Source: Albugo candida (taxonomy: Eukaryota). From it: 64,000 nt of DNA. The DNA lies in contig JBDOQK010000008.1 in assembly GCA_040437565.1 (NCBI GenBank), positions 248,001-312,000 on the forward strand, read 5' to 3'. A program made the position numbers and the translations under genes. Below the pieces are notes generated by a model. It was not told the DNA's origin, did not search any database, and worked only from the letters and a program-made list of their open reading frames with translations. Of the stretch, positions 62,618-64,000 are shown piece after piece (within the stretch, counting starts at the first letter, position 1; each line of letters starts with the position of its first letter).

Positions 62618-64000
62618 ATGGCTTTGAAGCACTCACGAGCATCCAGGTCGCACTTTTTGAGTGCATCCAGTCGTTCTTTGACCGGTTTGGGCGCTACGAA
62701 GAGGAACCAATTTCAACGAAGGAGTATTTGTGGACAATGGGTCGAGGATGATTCAATTCAACTATGCACAAACTGTGAGAAAGACTTTACGATTTTTGTG
62801 CGTCGGCACCACTGTCGTATTTGCGGACTCATATTTTGCGGCCCTTGTTCTCGCACTCGGATGGTTTTACCTTTATCCGTTTCAAAAGGAGTAGACGGCG
62901 CAATTTACACGACACGATTGCGTGTGTGTGATGGTTGCGCATCCTATGTGCAACGAAAAGCAACGGTCGATCAACTTGCGAAAGTTGGTAAAGAAGTCAT
63001 ACAAAACATTGATCACTCTAATCGCTTGTCCGATCCAAATGTATCTAATGGCGCGTCAAAATCACCGATCAAATCCGAGTATCATGTCGAAAAGCTCAAA
63101 AACGACTTTATGCTTATTCGTTTATTTGGTTATGCCATTGCGTATTGGTCCATTTGGAAAGAAGTCACGACATTCAATCCAGCAGTTTGGATCATATTCA
63201 TCGGACTGCTAAAATGTGTGGTGGAATGTATTATGACTCTCAGAGGCACGTTATGCTTGAAACTGCGAGCGGAACGGATCATATTCAAAAAATTGAGGGG
63301 GCAGAATAGAAAAATCGAAGTCAAAGCCGACCCGGTGAATAGATTGAGCTCGGCATGGTCGTCTCCGAGAGGATCGGAGGATAGTAAAAAGCTTGCAATC
63401 CTTGATGACAATCAGCGCATATCGCTAATTGATTTAGGCGAACAAACGCTGGATACATTGTGGAATCTTGGCAATTCGACAGAAGATTGGCAGATAGAGT
63501 CTTCAATGCACGATGATGTCAATCTCTCATCACGAGATGCGAAACCAGTCCGAATGTACAAGTGTGAAGTTCTTGTTGATGCTCCAATGGAAGAGCTCTT
63601 CGACATTCTTCATACTAAATTTGAAGATAGCAATACTTGGAACGGTAGCTCAGAAGAAAGTAAAATTTTGGGCGCGTTAAATGAGTGCACCGATTTGATA
63701 TACATCAAAAGTGTGGCTGCATTAAAAGGTTTGATAACAAGTCGAGATTTTGTCAATGTCCGCACATGGCGTAAAGACTTGAACGGGTACACAATCGCCA
63801 TCAATTGTGCTGGTAAAGCCTTACTACCAGGCACAAAGGACGTTGTACGCGGTGAGAGCGGACCTTGTGGTTTTATCATACTTCCAGTCCGAGGCCATGA
63901 GAAGAAAGCCAAGCTCATTTGGGTCCTGAATGTTGACATCAAAGGCTTTTTTCCGTCCAGTATGATAAAAAAAGGAAGTCTCAGTGAAATGGATTGTTTT
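62618..64000 (+). CDS. FYVE - TM hairpin - START (StAR/STARD3-like) protein; runs off window end, absent from ORF track
   Basis: Manual translation of a stop-free frame: WVEDD..CTNC..FTIFVRRHHCRICGLIFCGPCS..RVCDGC (FYVE), two hydrophobic segments, then START: SRDFVNVRTW, VRGESGPCG, WVLNVDIKGFFP. Confidence 0.9.
   Translation, partial: MALKHSRASRSHFLSASSRSLTGLGATKRNQFQRRSICGQWVEDDSIQLCTNCEKDFTIFVRRHHCRICGLIFCGPCSRTRMVLPLSVSKGVDGAIYTTRLRVCDGCASYVQRKATVDQLAKVGKEVIQNIDHSNRLSDPNVSNGASKSPIKSEYHVEKLKNDFMLIRLFGYAIAYWSIWKEVTTFNPAVWIIFIGLLKCVVECIMTLRGTLCLKLRAERIIFKKLRGQNRKIEVKADPVNRLSSAWSSPRGSEDSKKLAILDDNQRISLIDLGEQTLDTLWNLGNSTEDWQIESSMHDDVNLSSRDAKPVRMYKCEVLVDAPMEELFDILHTKFEDSNTWNGSSEESKILGALNECTDLIYIKSVAALKGLITSRDFVNVRTWRKDLNGYTIAINCAGKALLPGTKDVVRGESGPCGFIILPVRGHEKKAKLIWVLNVDIKGFFPSSMIKKGSLSEMDCF

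Overview
Gene-dense eukaryotic DNA from an oomycete; the short GT-AG introns (about 45-70 nt), tiny intergenic gaps and GPCR-PIPK gene suggest an Albugo-like genome (inference). About 24 protein-coding genes were read. Most are housekeeping: PRP8 3' end, MED14, TLDc/OXR1-like, MRS2-like, TFIIE-beta, REV7, kinesin-8, HGH1, cyclin B, SMPD4-like, a DDT/PHD/bromo chromatin protein, CIA2B, NUP107, ArgRS, NOP53, SPF45 and a PH protein. Thirteen 100-N gaps are present; 12 have duplicated flanks, which are assembly overlaps. No rRNA, tRNA, CRISPR or transposon could be supported. The most interesting part is 37-51 kb. It holds (i) a single-ORF fusion of a multicopper oxidase with all Cu ligands to a ZupT/GufA-type ZIP transporter, a possible one-polypeptide analogue of Fet3/Ftr1, and (ii) two convergent paralogous 1.4-1.6 kaa putatively secreted proteins whose layout resembles TcA/fern IPD083-like alpha-pore-forming toxins. 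Other unusual architectures are GST-ArgRS, UBL-NUP107, FYVE-TM-START, D/D-GAF, TFIIE-beta with an insertion, a PHD finger missing one Zn site and an inverted CYSTM-like protein. All family calls are from motif recognition, not database searches.
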